Assembly (NCBI GenBank): GCA_051294905.1
Contig: CM119371.1
Coordinates: 932,001-996,000 of the forward strand
DNA length: 64,000 nt
Direction: 5' to 3'
DNA from: Botryllus schlosseri
Lineage: Eukaryota
Positions 1-14,735 of this stretch are shown here, piece by piece; position 1 is the first letter of the stretch; each line of letters starts with the position of its first letter. The notes under the pieces were generated by a model. That model was not told where the DNA came from. It made no database searches and worked only from the letters and a program-made list of their open reading frames with translations. The position numbers and the translations under genes are program-made.

Positions 1-1664
1 GCCAAATCAAGCAAAATAATCAAGCCTACTAATCATGAAACAAATGAAACATGCCTACGTATGGAAAATCTTTATGTAATAATTGCATATGATGTTTGAT
101 CGCTATAACAAGGTATTTGGAAGTCACACTGTCGATTTTCGGGCAATATGTATGTACCCTCAAATTTATAAGTCCGAGCCTGAATCGAATCGTGATTTTA
201 TGACAACATTTGAGTTAATATTTATTTTATTTTTTGACGGTTGCGATCAAACATTCTTCGTTGGCTTGCTGTAGCTTGGATTATTGTACTGAGCAAGAAA
301 AGTTGTCACATCGGAGTTTTTTAGTGTATATGTGTCATAGGTCCCCGGGTCGTGTGCCATTGGACCCACCGGGTGGGGACCGATGACACGTTCGAGCAAC
401 AAATTTTGAACGTCTATAAATATTTTTTGAAAAGACGGATATTCATGTATATGTGCGCGAAAGGTAGAGCTTGTATCACAGTGCTGAGCCAGCAAAAAAT
501 CTGCTGTTTTGGGCTGAAAATTTTGGGATCAGCGATCATTTTCCAATTTTTGATCCATCAGTACCACATCTCCCCTACCTCGGTTTCAGACTTCAGTGAT
601 AACACTTGTTGACCCTGGCAATGTTCCACCTTAATTTTCACGAATATGCGCGCCTGCGTGGTCCATTGGACAACAGTGCGCAACAACTATAAAAAAAATC
701 ATTTCTGATTTTTTGTGCGCAGCGTAGATTTTCTGTGCGCAGAGACCGTCTCAGCACTGCGCATTTGCGCACGTGCGCAGCTTAGAGGGAACATTGATTA
801 TAATCAATTATCTTTAAGCTGTAAGACGATGGAGTACATTCATTTTATCCCGGTTTTCGATTCTACCTTGCGAATCAATCATTATAATAGCAAAAAAATC
901 GACATATGACGACTCGAACTCTACTGTAGTAAAAGCATCTGCACATTCAAATCACCATGAAACCTTCATTTCAGAAATATTTAGGATGGACGTGACGTTT
1001 GCGGTATTACCATTGTTTTCGTCGAGTTGTGATTTTTTTTTTGCAACTGTTTTGGTTACCTAATTGTGAAGTGCAATATGCACAATATAAATAGCATCGC
1101 TAAATTTCATCAATTAAACATGAAATAGCCAGTTTAAATTATTAGATGAAACGCGGTAATTTTACACTCCTAATTTCAATTTTGATGAGGGAATTGTAGA
1201 CGTCTGTAGTTGCATCCAAGCCCTTGTCCTCGACTCCCTGAAAAACAACTACCGCTGAATAAATCAATATCCTAGTTCATCAATCACGTCTGCATGCTAG
1301 TCGGAGATGGACTGTTCACGCTGGTACGTCATTGCACTGCACAAAATAGAATTGGACTTTTTGTAGACGACCTGGGATCATAATCGGATAGATTTCAGGG
1401 ATTTAATCTACAGGTGGATTGTAAATTTATATTTTCGCAATACGATTCTCAAGCATCTTGTGCACACAATTCAATATACTGTAACATAATCTATTCGGTA
1501 TTCCCATTTCGTGAAAATGAACCTGCAGGCAACACATCGTATTCCAGGGAACGGTATTGGCTGGGACGGTGTACTTGCTAGAGGACATTTTGACAGGTTA
1601 CATTTCAATTAGGGACATTGTGGTGCAGTTAACAATGTCAAGTACCAATTACACTTAAAAAGTA

Positions 1665-2665
1665 GCTCTATAACTTGTTTGAAGGATGTTATATTGTTAT
1701 TGCCACAAGGATCATCCGTATGAGTGGAAAATGCATCAAAACTAGGTACGTATGTTTCTCCTTCAAGGTAGCCTAAAATAGGTGACGATAAGCGCACTAC
1801 TATCATACTTTGATAATTAGACAATCCTAGTTGTCTAATTAGACTAGTTTGAGCGAAATGCCGGTAATCTAATTTGAATCTATTTTGTGAAACGATTCTC
1901 TGCACTAATTCTAATCTAATTTGTCAAATTTTTATATGTTCTCATTTTAATTCAAACCCTGTATATGCTCCTGAGAGAACTGTATAGTGCGAAACGAGCC
2001 AAACTTGTTTCACAGACATTTTCTATTATCATGCTCATAAGTATAAACCATGATTTGATAATAATGGAACTAGATTCAATGACCTGGTTTTTGCGGATTC
2101 AGTAAGTTTTATTCCAATCTAATTTGGAAAAATTTATAATTATACCTGCAGTTTTAATGTATTTTAACAGCTTGTTTCATGAAAGGTATATTTTTAATGC
2201 CACTAGGACCATCTGTATGAGTGAAAAATTCATCAAAAATAGGTGTGTGCATTTTATCTTAAAGGTTGCCTAAAATAGGTGACGATAAGTGCACTCCTAT
2301 CAGACTTGGATAATTAAATAATTCTAGTTGTCTAATTAGACTAAATAGAGCTAATTGCCTGTAATCTAATTCGAATATAATTTGTGAAAGGATTCTTTGC
2401 CCTGATTCTGTGAATTTTTTAGATGTTCTCATTTCAACGCAAAGCCTATCTCTGGTTTTCCTGTAAATGCTACTGATAGAATTGTATAGTGCGAAACGAT
2501 CCAATAAGCTTGTTGTACAGACATTTGCTATTATCATGCTCATGATATTGAACCATGATTTGATAGTAACGAAACTGGATTCAATGACCTAGTATTTGCG
2601 GATTCAATTTTATTACAATCTAATTTGGAAAAATGTATAGCTCTAACTATAGTTTTTATGTATTT
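1665..2665. repeat. Two diverged tandem copies of a ~500-bp unit
   Basis: The block GCCTAAAATAGGTGACGATAAG(C/T)GCACT...CTAGTTGTCTAATTAGACTA occurs at ~1770 and ~2268. ORFs 1609-1905 and 2259-2543 share the peptide LIRQL.L.NY.S.I.V.LSSPILG. Confidence 0.85.
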
Positions 2666-4110
2666 TCAGAAAATTACTGCGATAATTATAATTCTACAAT
2701 AATTTTGAAATTTTATTCTACTATATGTTGGAAAAAAATTGTAACTGTAATTCCAGTTTGAATTCGAATTTGCAAAAGCAGGATATCTTTTAGATGACCG
2801 AGTCTGACTGAAAATTAATCTGAAATCTTGTCGATTTGCAGTGAAACTCTCGCGCACATTTTGTTCAAGAGCAATGGGTACGGAAAATTTGTAAGTGGCC
2901 ACTTAAGATTACTCAATAAAAGGACTCGGCAACCAGTCCCAGCAATAACATTTGAAATTCAGATACTCTGGTGCCTTTCAACCCTTCATTTAATCTATTG
3001 CTACTTGCCACCCGAGTCAAAAATTGACTGGATCACTCCAACTTCTGTTCGAGTCGATTCAATGACTAATTGGATAGTTTCTAGAAAAATTATGCGACAA
3101 CATATTACGACCATAAACTCTATTTATTTCACCTCCAGCAGCTAAACAATCCAGACTGATTAATTTTCGACCGACGCCGTATTAACAAATAAATTTTTCG
3201 AGTATCTCATCAAATCTCAGTTTTGTAATATAACAAATAATTTTCCTAAGAATATGAAATCTGCTTGGTCCGAACGCAGGAGGTAATCATGCATTGAAGT
3301 GACGCATTACTGCCGAAGATCAACTTTACTATTGCACATTAGCGGAGGTGGTCAGTAACCAACTACTTCTACTTTTTCAAAGTGCAGAAGTACGTGTTGT
3401 CCACTTTCACTACTAACCGAAGTAGTTATTACTTTAGACTACTTTTACTTCTACTTGACAACTTTCATTTTTTCAGCAAAACTAGGAGTGATGTGAAAAG
3501 TATGCTACGTTTTGATGTAAATGATGCATGACAGCACTATTATATTCTTGCAGAATAAACAAAGTCTTTTTTAAACAAAGCTACGTGTGATGCTCCCCGT
3601 GTCAATGTTATGACATCACTATCCGACATCACATCAGTTAATATTGTATATTAATTTGATTAATACACAGAGGGTGTCACGATATTTCTAGGATGTTGTT
3701 TGAAACCGAATGCGCACGAGAATGGATCAACGATGTAATGGAAGGATAAATCTCAACTCTCATTTAAGAACGGTCAGACTTCGCAACATCTACTCACCTC
3801 CGATGAAAATCCCAGCCGAGTCGCTTCCAGGCATCCGTTCCTCGGCGCACTGAAATAAGAAATAAGTTATATAGCTGAAAATGCTTGTTAGCAAAAGATG
3901 TATGCATCCTATGAATTGGGCGCTGTTGCTGAGCCTATTGCATATTATCTGATACAGTCATCAGGCTCAAAGAGAGTTGTAATCTTCAAAAATATAAATG
4001 AATTGTGTCCTACGATACACAGTGTCACATTAAAATGAAAGTTACGTGAAATTCTATGTCAAAGTACGGATGAAAATCCATCTTCGAACGAATCATAAAC
4101 CATTTTAAAG

Positions 4111-4444
4111 CAGTGGTTCCCAACATGAGCGATTTGGCGGTCTAGGGGGGCGAAATGTACAAAGGGTGCGAAAATAGTGAAGGGGACGATAGAGGGGCGA
4201 TGACGCTTTAAAACGGATATATTGGAGTCAAGTCAGAAATGACTTTTTTTTATGCAACTCACGAAAATTTAGCTGCAAAAGTGTAAAACTTCGCTATCGA
4301 GCCGAAAAGTTGACCATTTTTTTATTCAACCCGCTGGTGATTACAGTTTGCATGCCCCTTTTTCGGTTCACTAAATTTGGGGGGCGATGATCGCTGTGAT
4401 GCTTGAAAATTGGGCGTTGAGTCGAAAAAGGTTGGGAACCACTG
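4111..4444. mobile_element. hAT-type MITE
   Basis: Terminal inverted repeats CAGTGGTTCCCAAC / GTTGGGAACCACTG. The same terminus starts again at ~63958. Confidence 0.8.
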
Positions 4445-5093
4445 ATCTACAGCCAGGCAAAAGAGATGACACGTGACCTCAATACCATATAGATGCATGG
4501 AGTGGATTCGTAAAATCGTGATATCATTTGTTATACTTTCGGTTCAAAAGCGGTGGCTTTCAAAGGGAACATTGCTGCCGCCAAAATGTTTTTTACACTC
4601 TCCACTTTCATTTTAGACAACATTGTATTTAGAGCGCAGTGTCGTTTTAATATCACACACAATATGATGCCCCGACAGTACAATGCATATTACATATATC
4701 TAATTCAATTAGATATGCGAATGAGTGAAAGTAACTTTACTCCATTTGTAAAACATTCCCTGCAATATGCAGGTAATTATTCACGTATCGATTCAAATCA
4801 CTAAATTCATATTCAATTTATAATCGCACCTGATCCACATTATGTGAGATACTTTCACAGAAGGAATATGTTTTGGTATCAAAGGTAAATCGAATAAAGT
4901 AATCCCGAATGCTATTTTAGGATTTATAGTACTTGATTAGGTTGGACAAAACGATTTCGGATTTTATGCAATATTGTTGATTATAATTCATTTCTACCTA
5001 AAAGAATGCACAATGCACATGAATGATGAAATGATTCGTATCAACGCCAATATGAAAAGTGGGATGCTGTATGACATAAAACCACGAATCCTA

Positions 5094-5651
5094 CAGAGAG
5101 GAGGTCAGTAACGGAGTAACTCTACTTTATCAGACAACTCAAGTAGTGCTGTCTACTTGCATCGCTTAATCAAGGGGTTATCATTTTAGACTACTTATGT
5201 TTCTACTTCTTGTCACAGTTGTTAGTCAAAACTACTTACTTTATACAATATGGATTTTGAAAGTACCAAGTTGTTCGTTTTCAGTGAAATTATTATAGGA
5301 GCCGCCTTAAATAGCCCATGTACCACGGTGACCGCATGAACATATTTGCAAAGATTCCACTCACTTGCAGTGTCATTATTAGTCATTTTGCATTAGCCGC
5401 GAAGACATATCTTGCAATTTCGAAAGTAGATATCTCCTATAAATTTCTAAAAGTATGCGGCCCTTCGACCAAATCTACTTTTTGAAACTACTTATTTCAC
5501 TACATTTCAGACTAATACACTTTCTACTTCCACCTCAAGTCAATTTGTTATTTCTTGGAAAATGATACATCTACTTGTATATCAGCGGCAGCTTACGACG
5601 CTATTTATAGTTCTACATGAGTCTTAACTCTGACTACTCTGACTACCTCTA
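5094..5651. mobile_element. AAGTAG/CTACTT-rich MITE family copy
   Basis: Ends resemble CAGAGG(T)GGTCAGTAAC ... GACTACCTCT. Related copies or fragments lie at ~3343, ~10100-10356 and 34075-35370. Confidence 0.6.
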
Positions 5652-6275
5652 ATCATTCATGAACTCGTGTTAGCAACTCTCAGAACCGATCGGAGTCCGC
5701 TTGGTCACCAGATGTTGTAAATAAGCTGCATGAAGTATTAAAGTTGTTCCGAAGTTATATAAGTATATGAAAGTGGTTTACGAGTTTATTGGACTTATCG
5801 TCCCTATAACGGTAGAAGTACTATCAGCGAAGTAGTTGTGCTTTTCTGTAGTACTTATTATTATATACTTGTTTCGCTTACTCAAGTTGTTTTGTTCGTA
5901 TACTACCTCTACGTCAACAATTTTTATATGGTGAATACTAATTTATGCCTACTTGAAATTGTCAAGTGAAGCAGATTTTTACGAACTTCAACGATGCCTT
6001 GCTTCGAAATTGATATGCAAGCTCACAATCAGCAACGTGTGAGAGACCATGTCTGAAATTCGTACAACTATTAATCGTATTAAGTATGGGATATCGAAGG
6101 AAACTAAAATTCACGAATACCGCGCGTTATCACATAACCCTGGTAAGGACACTACATCATGCAGGAAACTAAAGCCTCATGATTTCTGGCATTAGTAACG
6201 AATTGGACCTGTTACGTGAATTTACCATTTCATTTAAAGTAATCGAGCTTATTTAATATACCTAATAAAACGTAT

Positions 6276-6497
6276 TTAAGACACGATGCAACCAAACAAT
6301 GACTCACATTCTAAAACTTCCAACTCAGTCTCAAGATCATTTGCAATCTTCTGGACTTTCTGCAATTCGTCTCCTTTCAAAATATCATCTCTATTCCAGT
6401 ATAACAATGTTACTTTCTGTAAATTGGAGTTGTTGACGAGAGACGAAATGTCATCGAGTGAAACAGGATACCGTAATATGCATCGGATATATTCGAC
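6276..6497 (-). CDS. NLR-like gene, terminal coding exon (VEYIRCILRYPVSLDDISSLVNNSNLQKVTLL...CIVS*)
   Basis: Minus-strand acceptor ttctcactgcag|GTC, phase 0, 74 codons ending in TAA. The spacing is degenerate LRR-like. Confidence 0.7.
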   Translation of the reverse strand, partial: VEYIRCILRYPVSLDDISSLVNNSNLQKVTLLYWNRDDILKGDELQKVQKIANDLETELEVLECESLFGCIVS

Positions 6498-6864
6498 CTG
6501 CAGTGAGAAATTATGACTATTAATATTGTGTATCACAATGATACTTACCACTATTGTTGACAATTTCACCAAGGGCCATCATGTATTTCAAAATACTTTG
6601 GATCACCAGTTTGGAAGGTTTATTCTGGCCCGCTAGGCGATGCTGAAAAATGGCCATAATATCCGACACATTTATACATGTTGAGATTTCTAGTAGGAAA
6701 CACTTCTATTCTCTCAAGACAGAAAATGTTGAGCATTTTCTGTTCAGGTTAAACTATAACCATCAGACCGTGGTGTTTGAGGTTGCACTGCAGTCACTGC
6801 CATTGACACTAGTGTCACTATACTTCCTGTCTTCTGATATTTTTGATAGCGCTCTAGGAGCACA

Positions 6865-8483
6865 GGGGGTGTTCATATAAAACTTTTATTTTCAAATTTC
6901 ATTGGCTTGGTTGTAATATCTTCAGGCTACCTGAAAAACGTTGCGCACCAAATTTTACTCAATTCCAACCAGTAGAAGCCGAAGTCACTCAAATTGAAAT
7001 TTCGGTAATTTTTAAAGTAATAGTATTTACGGTGAACAACTTCTTCACACCGACATGACCGAATATCGTGTTCCAGGTATGCCCGAAGTGGCAGGGATGT
7101 CTTTTTCACTTGTTTTGATCTTGATACGGGCCTAGGGTGGGGTTTGGATGGAGAAATCACAAGTAAACGAAAAAATATACGACACAGACTACCTGGAAAT
7201 TGATCCACTTCATTAAAATAGACATATTAAAACGATGGTGAGATAATTTTCAAATAGAGTATGCCTACTTACACACTGAAATTAAGACCACGAAAAGAAA
7301 ATGAACTGACAAGCAGGTAAAATACAGGTAAATACATTTCTCTAGTTATCTATATACTTATTCGGTCCAATGTAAATTTCTTCACATTACAATTTGATAT
7401 TCTATGATATTTTATTATTTGCTCTACACCACTTCTACAGTACTATCACAGGCAAATTATAAGACTTATGGACATGGTGACAGATGTTCTTCCTATCAAA
7501 AGTTATACTCCTCTATTCATGTCATCCTCCTCCTCCATATTCGGTTACTATAATCTAATTGCATCCATATATCGTGGTAAAACACCAATGCCTTTTATAA
7601 CTCTATGACTAGGGGGTCCTGGTGATATTGAAAGACCAGAAAATGACCAATGTGCTTTATAAGCTCACTGGGTTACCATTTGGTATCCCCGAATCTCGCA
7701 TATGTGAAGTATCAGAAATGTTTTTCAACTCATAAATACTATTCAGGGGCATAGCCCATTCTAAATTGCAATTAGTACCATTTTCAGGGCCCTGGATCAG
7801 TCAATGTCAAACAGCAGAGAACTATTCGAACACTGAGCTGCGGAGGAATGCAACAGATGTCTCTGTGGATGAGGTTTTGGGAATGGCGACTTTGCAATCT
7901 GTAAAAACTTTGAATCAAAGCAGAGAGTATGCCCTGCATAACTGGGATAGATTTCGTCAAATCTAAATATATCCGACAAAAAATACTTCTAGATATGACT
8001 ATCACTTGAGAACTATATTTACATGTATTTTACCTGCTTGTCCGTTCATTTTCTTTTTGTGGTCGTTAATTTTAGTGTGTTAAGTACTCTATTGGAAAAT
8101 TTTCTCACCATCGTTTTAACATGTCTATTTCAATAAAGTGGACCAATTTCCAGGTAATCCGTGTCATATATTTTTTTCCTTCACCGACGATGTCTTCATT
8201 CAAACCCAACCCTAGGACCTTGTCAAGATCAAAACAAGTGGAAAGACATCCCTGCCACTTCGGGCATACCTGAAACACGATTTTTGGTCATGTCGGTGTG
8301 ACGAAATTGGTCACCGTAAATATAATTATTTCAAAAATGACTGAAATTTCAATTTGACTGACCTCGGCTTCTACTGGTTGGAATTGAATCGAATTCGGTG
8401 TGCAACGTTTTTTTTAGGTAAGCTGATGATTATACAACTAAGCCGATGAAATTTGAAAAAAAGAAGTATTTTTTCAACACCCC
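6865..8483. mobile_element. Foldback/MITE with ~480-bp inverted arms, in an NLR intron
   Basis: 6865-7350 is the reverse complement of ~8020-8483 (e.g. CCAGGTATGCCCGAAGTGGCAGGGATGTC vs GACATCCCTGCCACTTCGGGCATACCTG). Confidence 0.85.
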
Positions 8484-9504
8484 TAAGGAGCACGCTCAAA
8501 TGAGCTCTTTTTTAGAATTTGTCCTCTTTTTTGAAAATTTTAGTAAAATGTACGTGAAAATTCAACTGAGTAATTTGAAATAAGTACTGAAGTAACTCTC
8601 CGGCAGGTCTTTGAGCCAGAATGGTGACCAACTACAAAATTGGAACAAATTTGCCATTTTTTTTAAATTTCACTCCTGTATTGCAAGTCTGAATTTTATT
8701 TAAATGGTGTCCTCTTTTCAGATTCCCAAAACATGGCAGCCCTAATCGACACTCAATTCTGAGAAGGCGAAAAAGTGCTCAGTGAGTTCACAGTTTCATG
8801 CAAAAACGGACCACAAAGTAGTAATATGTAGAAGTGGATAATATAATTATGACACCAAAATATAATTCAAATATCTGTGGTCGCACTCCTTTTGCGCTTA
8901 TGAGTCAACATCTCCATGGCTTCCAGAGAAACCCGAATCAAGATGTAAAAATGATGAAGCAAATTTCAACGTCTACGTTTACGGTTAAATCGCTTGTATT
9001 CCTCACAACGCTGACACAGGATTGTCAGATGCAGACTAAAACAAAGCAGGCATGGCAATTTGCCAACGTATATCGTCGGTCCCGCCATTCATCGTAATTT
9101 CGTCAATTCGGTTGTTTGCGAATAATAAAGGTATTGATGGAATAGAACCAGATGGAGGTGATATAACGTGATTATTATAATGCGTATAAGCTTTATAATC
9201 AAGTATTCAAGTGAAAAACAAGGGCGTGGATTTTAAGGAAATACTTTGGAATCATTTGACAGGTCCGGCCCGCGAGTGCTCTGAAAGTTTGACTCTGACC
9301 CGCGACCCCAGTTGAGTTTGACAACCCTGCTTTAGATTAACAATTAACCAGGAATCTCGAACTCCACAACTGCGGTGGATATCTCGGGTTAATTCATTTG
9401 GAGGGGACTCGTACTGTGCGGCATAATTCTAGGATAAACGTGCGATGGTTGGAGAAGAACGTTCAATATATCCAATGCAACTAATACTGGATGATAAGTA
9501 CTAC

Positions 9505-9672
9505 CTTCTTTTGCTGACAAGCTTCTAACGTCTTCCTGAATGCATCCGCTCTATCAACGTAAAACATTGCATGGATATTGCCAAAAACGGAAATTGCTGT
9601 CCTGCGCTCCCAAATTCGGCTGTAATCCTGGTCAAGTATCAGGCCATTCACTGCAATATCCAGGAGATCCAA
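9505..9672 (-). CDS. NLR-like gene internal exon (LDLLDIAVNGLILDQDYSRIW...ACQQKK)
   Basis: Acceptor ttcacattttag|TTG, donor AAG|gtagta, 168 nt, phase 0-0, open. Confidence 0.7.
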
Positions 9673-11730
9673 CTAAAATGTGAAAGCAGGTATTTCCAGA
9701 CTTTAAGACAGCCGCCGAAGATATGATAGGGTTCGATGTCATATAAAATGATAGGTAAATATAAATGCGTGTAAAATACTTTGGGAATAGAATCAGGAAT
9801 CATACTTGATACTTTTTCCAGCAAGTCTCAATCAACGACCAATCGATGTTTTCTTCTTCTTCTGTGCAATCGAGCAGGATCTTGCTTATCTGAACACAAT
9901 ATTGATTTCATTAGGTAATATGACGTAATTGTCTCGATGTTTTCCCATTTGAATAATTATTCATATTGGTAAAGTTCAATACTGATTCGTTGGAATTCTT
10001 CGGTTCTCCATAATGCATATGCTACATCAATTTCAGTCTCATTCCAGAGTTTGCTATCTTTTAAAAATATACTTCTATCCATTGTACAAACGTATCATAT
10101 AGAAGGTGGTGGTCAAACCAGTTACCGTCGGTACTCAAGTAGAAGTAAAAGTAGCGATATACAATTAAGTGAAACATAATTATTGTAGGCCTAGTTTTGC
10201 GTAAAAATGATAACTGCGTAATAGAAGTAGTCTGAAATCTTATCTGCTTGACTACGTAGGACAAGTAGATAAATCTACCTGACTACGTTGGACAAGTAGA
10301 TAAATCTACCTGAAGTACTACGACAAGTAGAAGTACTTGGTTACTGACCACCTCTAGATAAATGATGTAAGGAACGCTGGATAGCCTATGTAACGATGTC
10401 GCTTATGTTTACGCAAAGGTTGAATTTTACCCGAACAGTAAAACATATTGGAAACTGCGTAAAAACTGGCACGGACAGAAGCATACCCTTTTTAAAATTT
10501 TAGCTACCTGCTTTCGAAACCTAGATTTTGAGCAGGCATTGTTGCTTTTCACCTCAGACTACACCAATGCGTGAGCGCACATTACGAGATGATCAGTAAC
10601 AATCTGCTTCTACTTCTTAAAAGTATGTGGTTAATATAATGTTTTCACTTATGAAATTGATGCAAAATTGTGCCTGAAAGGGGCACTGCACTCTAAAAAT
10701 GATGTGGTCTCAAATTGAAGGGCAAAACGAAAATAAAATTTGGCCGCAGCCATTTTCTTCAGAACGCCGCCGTAATGGAGCAGCAATTTATTGAAATTTC
10801 CGCAGGACCGTCACGCTCCAGCAGTCATGCTGACATCGAACTTTATATAGTTGTCAGCCAATGTTATGAAGGAAATATGTCGTACACGTCAAAGTGGTTT
10901 AGATACCGCGTTCAACGGAAGATGTCCAGTGAGGAGATTTATGTCAAAATTGGGCCTAATGTCTTCTATTTCTTTGGGACAGAAATAGATCATGTCTAAC
11001 AATGTTTTATACATAAACAATGTTTTATGCATAAGAATAGGACATGATTTTAGACTTCTTTCACGCAAAATTACTTATTTTTCACGGATTGGAATTTGAG
11101 AAATAGAAAGTAGTTTTGTGTAACGTTTGTATCACTGTGATGCGTGAAATAGTCTTAAGAAATCATGGTAACTGTTGAATCTAATTTCCAAGATTATACA
11201 AAATTGCAATAATAATCATTTTTAGTTACTCGCAGAGACTCATCTTTTAATTTGCAAATTAACCGCTAGCGATAAATCACCAAACACTTACGAACGATCG
11301 ACCAAAACTACTTTTCGAAACTCAAGTACTTACATCGGTACTTTTCAAACTTGTCACTTTCTACCTCCACTGGAAGTAGTTTTAACACATCGTGGACACA
11401 TCTATTTCTACATATAATTGCATATAAAATTAAAACGTATCTTCACAATTATCAAGGCTGACTACTTTCACCACATCTACGTACCATCGAGACTCGACTC
11501 GAAATACTAGAAATGCAAGTAGAGTAGAAATTGAGAATGGAAGTTTTTGTCGAACAGTGACGAGCGGATTTGAAATTTCAAAATACAAATCCTCTTTAAA
11601 TCCAGAATTAATTTTGTCTTAACTCCAAGTCCAAATCCGATAACGGCTGAAATTTGTCCAAAAGTTTCATGGAAATTGAACAATATCAGGAAATATTTTA
11701 CAATAATATAATAGGAAATGTATCTAATAC

Positions 11731-11886
11731 CTTGTTTAATTTACACTCAGATAACTTCTGCAAATCATCCTGCTTGGCGAATAGTTGTATTTGTTCTTCA
11801 AATTTGATAAATTCAGTATCAAAAAGTATTCCAAGAAATACAACGTTTGCTACGGCATGAACCCGGTTGAACGATAGATTGGAATC
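11731..11886 (-). CDS. NLR-like gene internal exon (DSNLSFNRVHAVANVVFLG...ECKLNK)
   Basis: Acceptor ttttcattttgcag|GAT, donor AAG|gtatta, 156 nt, phase 0-0, open. Confidence 0.7.
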
Positions 11887-13704
11887 CTGCAAAATGAAAA
11901 TGTCAGTTACGTCACAATCTGCACCAATAAGAAACACTCGGAGGCGCGATCATGCTTGAGCATATTATTGTTACTACTGAAGACTAGTGCAAGTGAAGCG
12001 ATGGCCATGATGCTTGTCTGTTGGAAAATGCGATGTGAAAGAAACACAATCCTTGTATTTTTTGAAAGATTTAACGTAACATTTCGAGCGGACTTGATAA
12101 TTAAAGTACAGTGCCGACATTTTTTTAAAAATTCATCATGTAAAAACTCTTTACTTATAAAATCATCACAAGTTGTTAGCTTACTATTCTCAACAAAAGC
12201 ATCTCGTCTTCATGACGCTCATCAATACGTCATAATCTACATCCTGGCTATACTAAACCGCAAGGTCATCGTTGTACGTGCCTAGTGTGGCTGACAGCTC
12301 CGTACAGTAAAGTCAGTGAAATGAGAGAAACTTCATTCCAATCATTAGTATGGACTCGTTATCGAAGTTGATTCATCTTGATAACCAACCTTGATGGTGA
12401 AGTGCCCATCAACCATTGTACCACTTATCGCGATGAGGTCTTCTTCGTTCTTCAATTCAACATCCCCTCCATCTACAATCAGCCAGACAACCTGAATATT
12501 ATCCAGATGTGAAACTTCAGATTGTGCATTGTATCGATCATCCACCATCTATCGTGACGTCATATCTCACATACAGTGACGACCGCATCATCACAGATCA
12601 TCATGTGCTATACTTCTTTGATACGGTTCACTGATTTTAGTGACGTTTTTGCCGGTGGTAGCATTTTGCTACTTTAGTGGCTCGATATCTCTGAAAATAC
12701 TGGTTTATATGAGGTGAGAAGTATCATGGCGGAATCCATAGAAAAAGTATAAGTATGGAGACGAAAATATTCTGGGCAATATAGTGAATCTTTAATCAAA
12801 TCGTAAGCACCCAGAACCATAACCTGCATTGACACGAATTCATGAGATAATTTCGTCTTTCTAGTCATGGCGCGAAAATGGACAGTTTCCTGTTGTGAGC
12901 ATGTAAATCAGAATTACGCCATGGACATCATAGCGAGTCCTATATTGCAAGGGAAATAAAACACTGCAGTCAAAAACGCTGTTATAATTAGGGCTGGGCA
13001 CAATCATTCGAGTGCTCAAATCTGAATCGAATAACAATTTTAATGATCCAGGCCGAGTAGTAAAAATCGATTTTCTCAAGTACCGAAATTGTGCGTTCGT
13101 TGACACGGAAAGTTACTTTATTGACAAAAATTGTAGTTTTGACAGCTTTATATGTGATTTAGAATCGAATTCAGATACTCGATTTTTCCAGCCCTAGTTA
13201 ATCAGTGAACAATTTCGCTATGCAATGTCGAAATCATTGTGTTGGCCTGAAAACCAGATGCGCATCGTGTTGATTAGCAGTGGTAATATTCTGTTGAGCA
13301 CAAATTCATGTCGACATGCACACTCCTGAATTGTGACGATGCTGACTATGTTACTTTTTATTTACGAAGTGCATTTTGTAGGGGCACGTGCCATTTTTTT
13401 ACGTAAATGAGACATAATTTTTCAAAATATTGATGAACAATTCGATCATCGCCAGACTGACTGGTATCGATCACACCAATGTCAAATTTCATTACATCAC
13501 ATTCATTGTCAATGTAGTAGAAAGTTGTTATTTGTTGATGAGGTCGTGACATTAGCTCAGCGCTCTTATTGCTGCCACTACTTTACATAATCCCCCATTT
13601 CACCAAATTCGATTACATAGCTCGATGTTAATGACACAGTGCAGATATGAAAACAGCATATCGGTGGGTAAATACTCTACGACTTCTGGATGAAAGCAGA
13701 GTGG

Positions 13705-14490
13705 GACTGTTAAAAAATTTCTTCAGAATTCACTGGCTATGTGATAAAATTGTTAAGTTGGCAGAAACAACGCTGTAAAGCAAATTTGGGTTCAAGTCCA
13801 ATCAGTAGAAGCAATATTCTTGCTGTAAAAAGCTTTGAATTTATAATTAAAATAAAACTGTAAATTCTTCTTTCAACCCCACAAAATTGTTAGGCGATCA
13901 GTAGAGATGATGCATACCAAATTTGGCTCAATTCCAACCGCTAGGAGCGAAGTTATTGCCGTAGTAAAATTTCCATTTCCATGATTTTATAGGAGACGGC
14001 TTTCAGTACAACATCCATTGTAATACAATATTTAAACTCAAATACTTTCTGCCACACTGAAGGAATTTAAATGGATTTAGAAGCAAAACCAAATCTGTTT
14101 AACTCCCTTCAGTGGGCTGTTAACTCTTGAAAGAGGCAACAAAAAGTCTTCGAGTTTAATAAATATTCTACTACAATGGATTTTGTATTGAAAGCTATAT
14201 TCAAGTTGTGTACCACGAATCAGCTATTTGAATAAAAATTTAAATTATTCTAGGGGTTAGAATTGAGCCACATTTGGTGTGCATCGTCTCTACTGACAGC
14301 CCAACAATTTTACGTTGTTGACAGAAAAATTTTAAAATATAATTTTGTATTGATAAATCAAAAATTTTGTACTGCAAGAAAATCGCTTCTACTGGTTGCA
14401 ATTGACCCTAAGTTGGCATGCAGTGTTGTTTTCGCCAACCTGACAATTTTATAACATAGCCGAAGAAATCTGAAAGTTTTTTGAACAGCT
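13705..14490. mobile_element. Near-palindromic MITE
   Basis: Left half (CTGTTAAAAAATTTCTTCAGA...GGCTATGTGATAAAATTGTTAAGTTGGC) is the diverged reverse complement of the right half (GCCAACCTGACAATTTTATAACATAGCC...TTTTGAACAG). The centre is near 14085. Confidence 0.8.
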
Positions 14491-14630
14491 CTAATGCAGA
14501 GAATGTGCGTATATTGCTTTCTATCACGAATCACCAATCACCTGCGATTGTGACGTCATAAGTCTCCGCATACTCACATAAAAAAATAATGGCTTGTTAG
14601 TACAAAGCTAAATCATAGAATCGATCTCAC

Positions 14631-14735
14631 TTCCCAATCCAATTTTCCAGATAGCGATACAATATGAAGATGTCCGAAAAGTGAACGCAGTGCTGTAGCT
14701 GAGAAATTATTGTCACGCAAATCCACTTTCTTCAC
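14631..14735 (-). CDS. NLR-like gene LRR exon (VKKVDLRDNNFSATALRSLFGHLHIVSLSGKLDWE)
   Basis: Too short for the ORF track, so translated by hand. Acceptor ttcatcattccag|GTG, donor GAA|gtgaga, 105 nt, phase 0-0, with an LxxLxLxxNxF LRR pattern. Confidence 0.75.

Noticed and set aside
12345..12548. Protein-like 67-aa minus-strand ORF within an NLR intron
   Set aside because: No convincing splice sites or recognisable domain, and not needed to keep the NLR frame.
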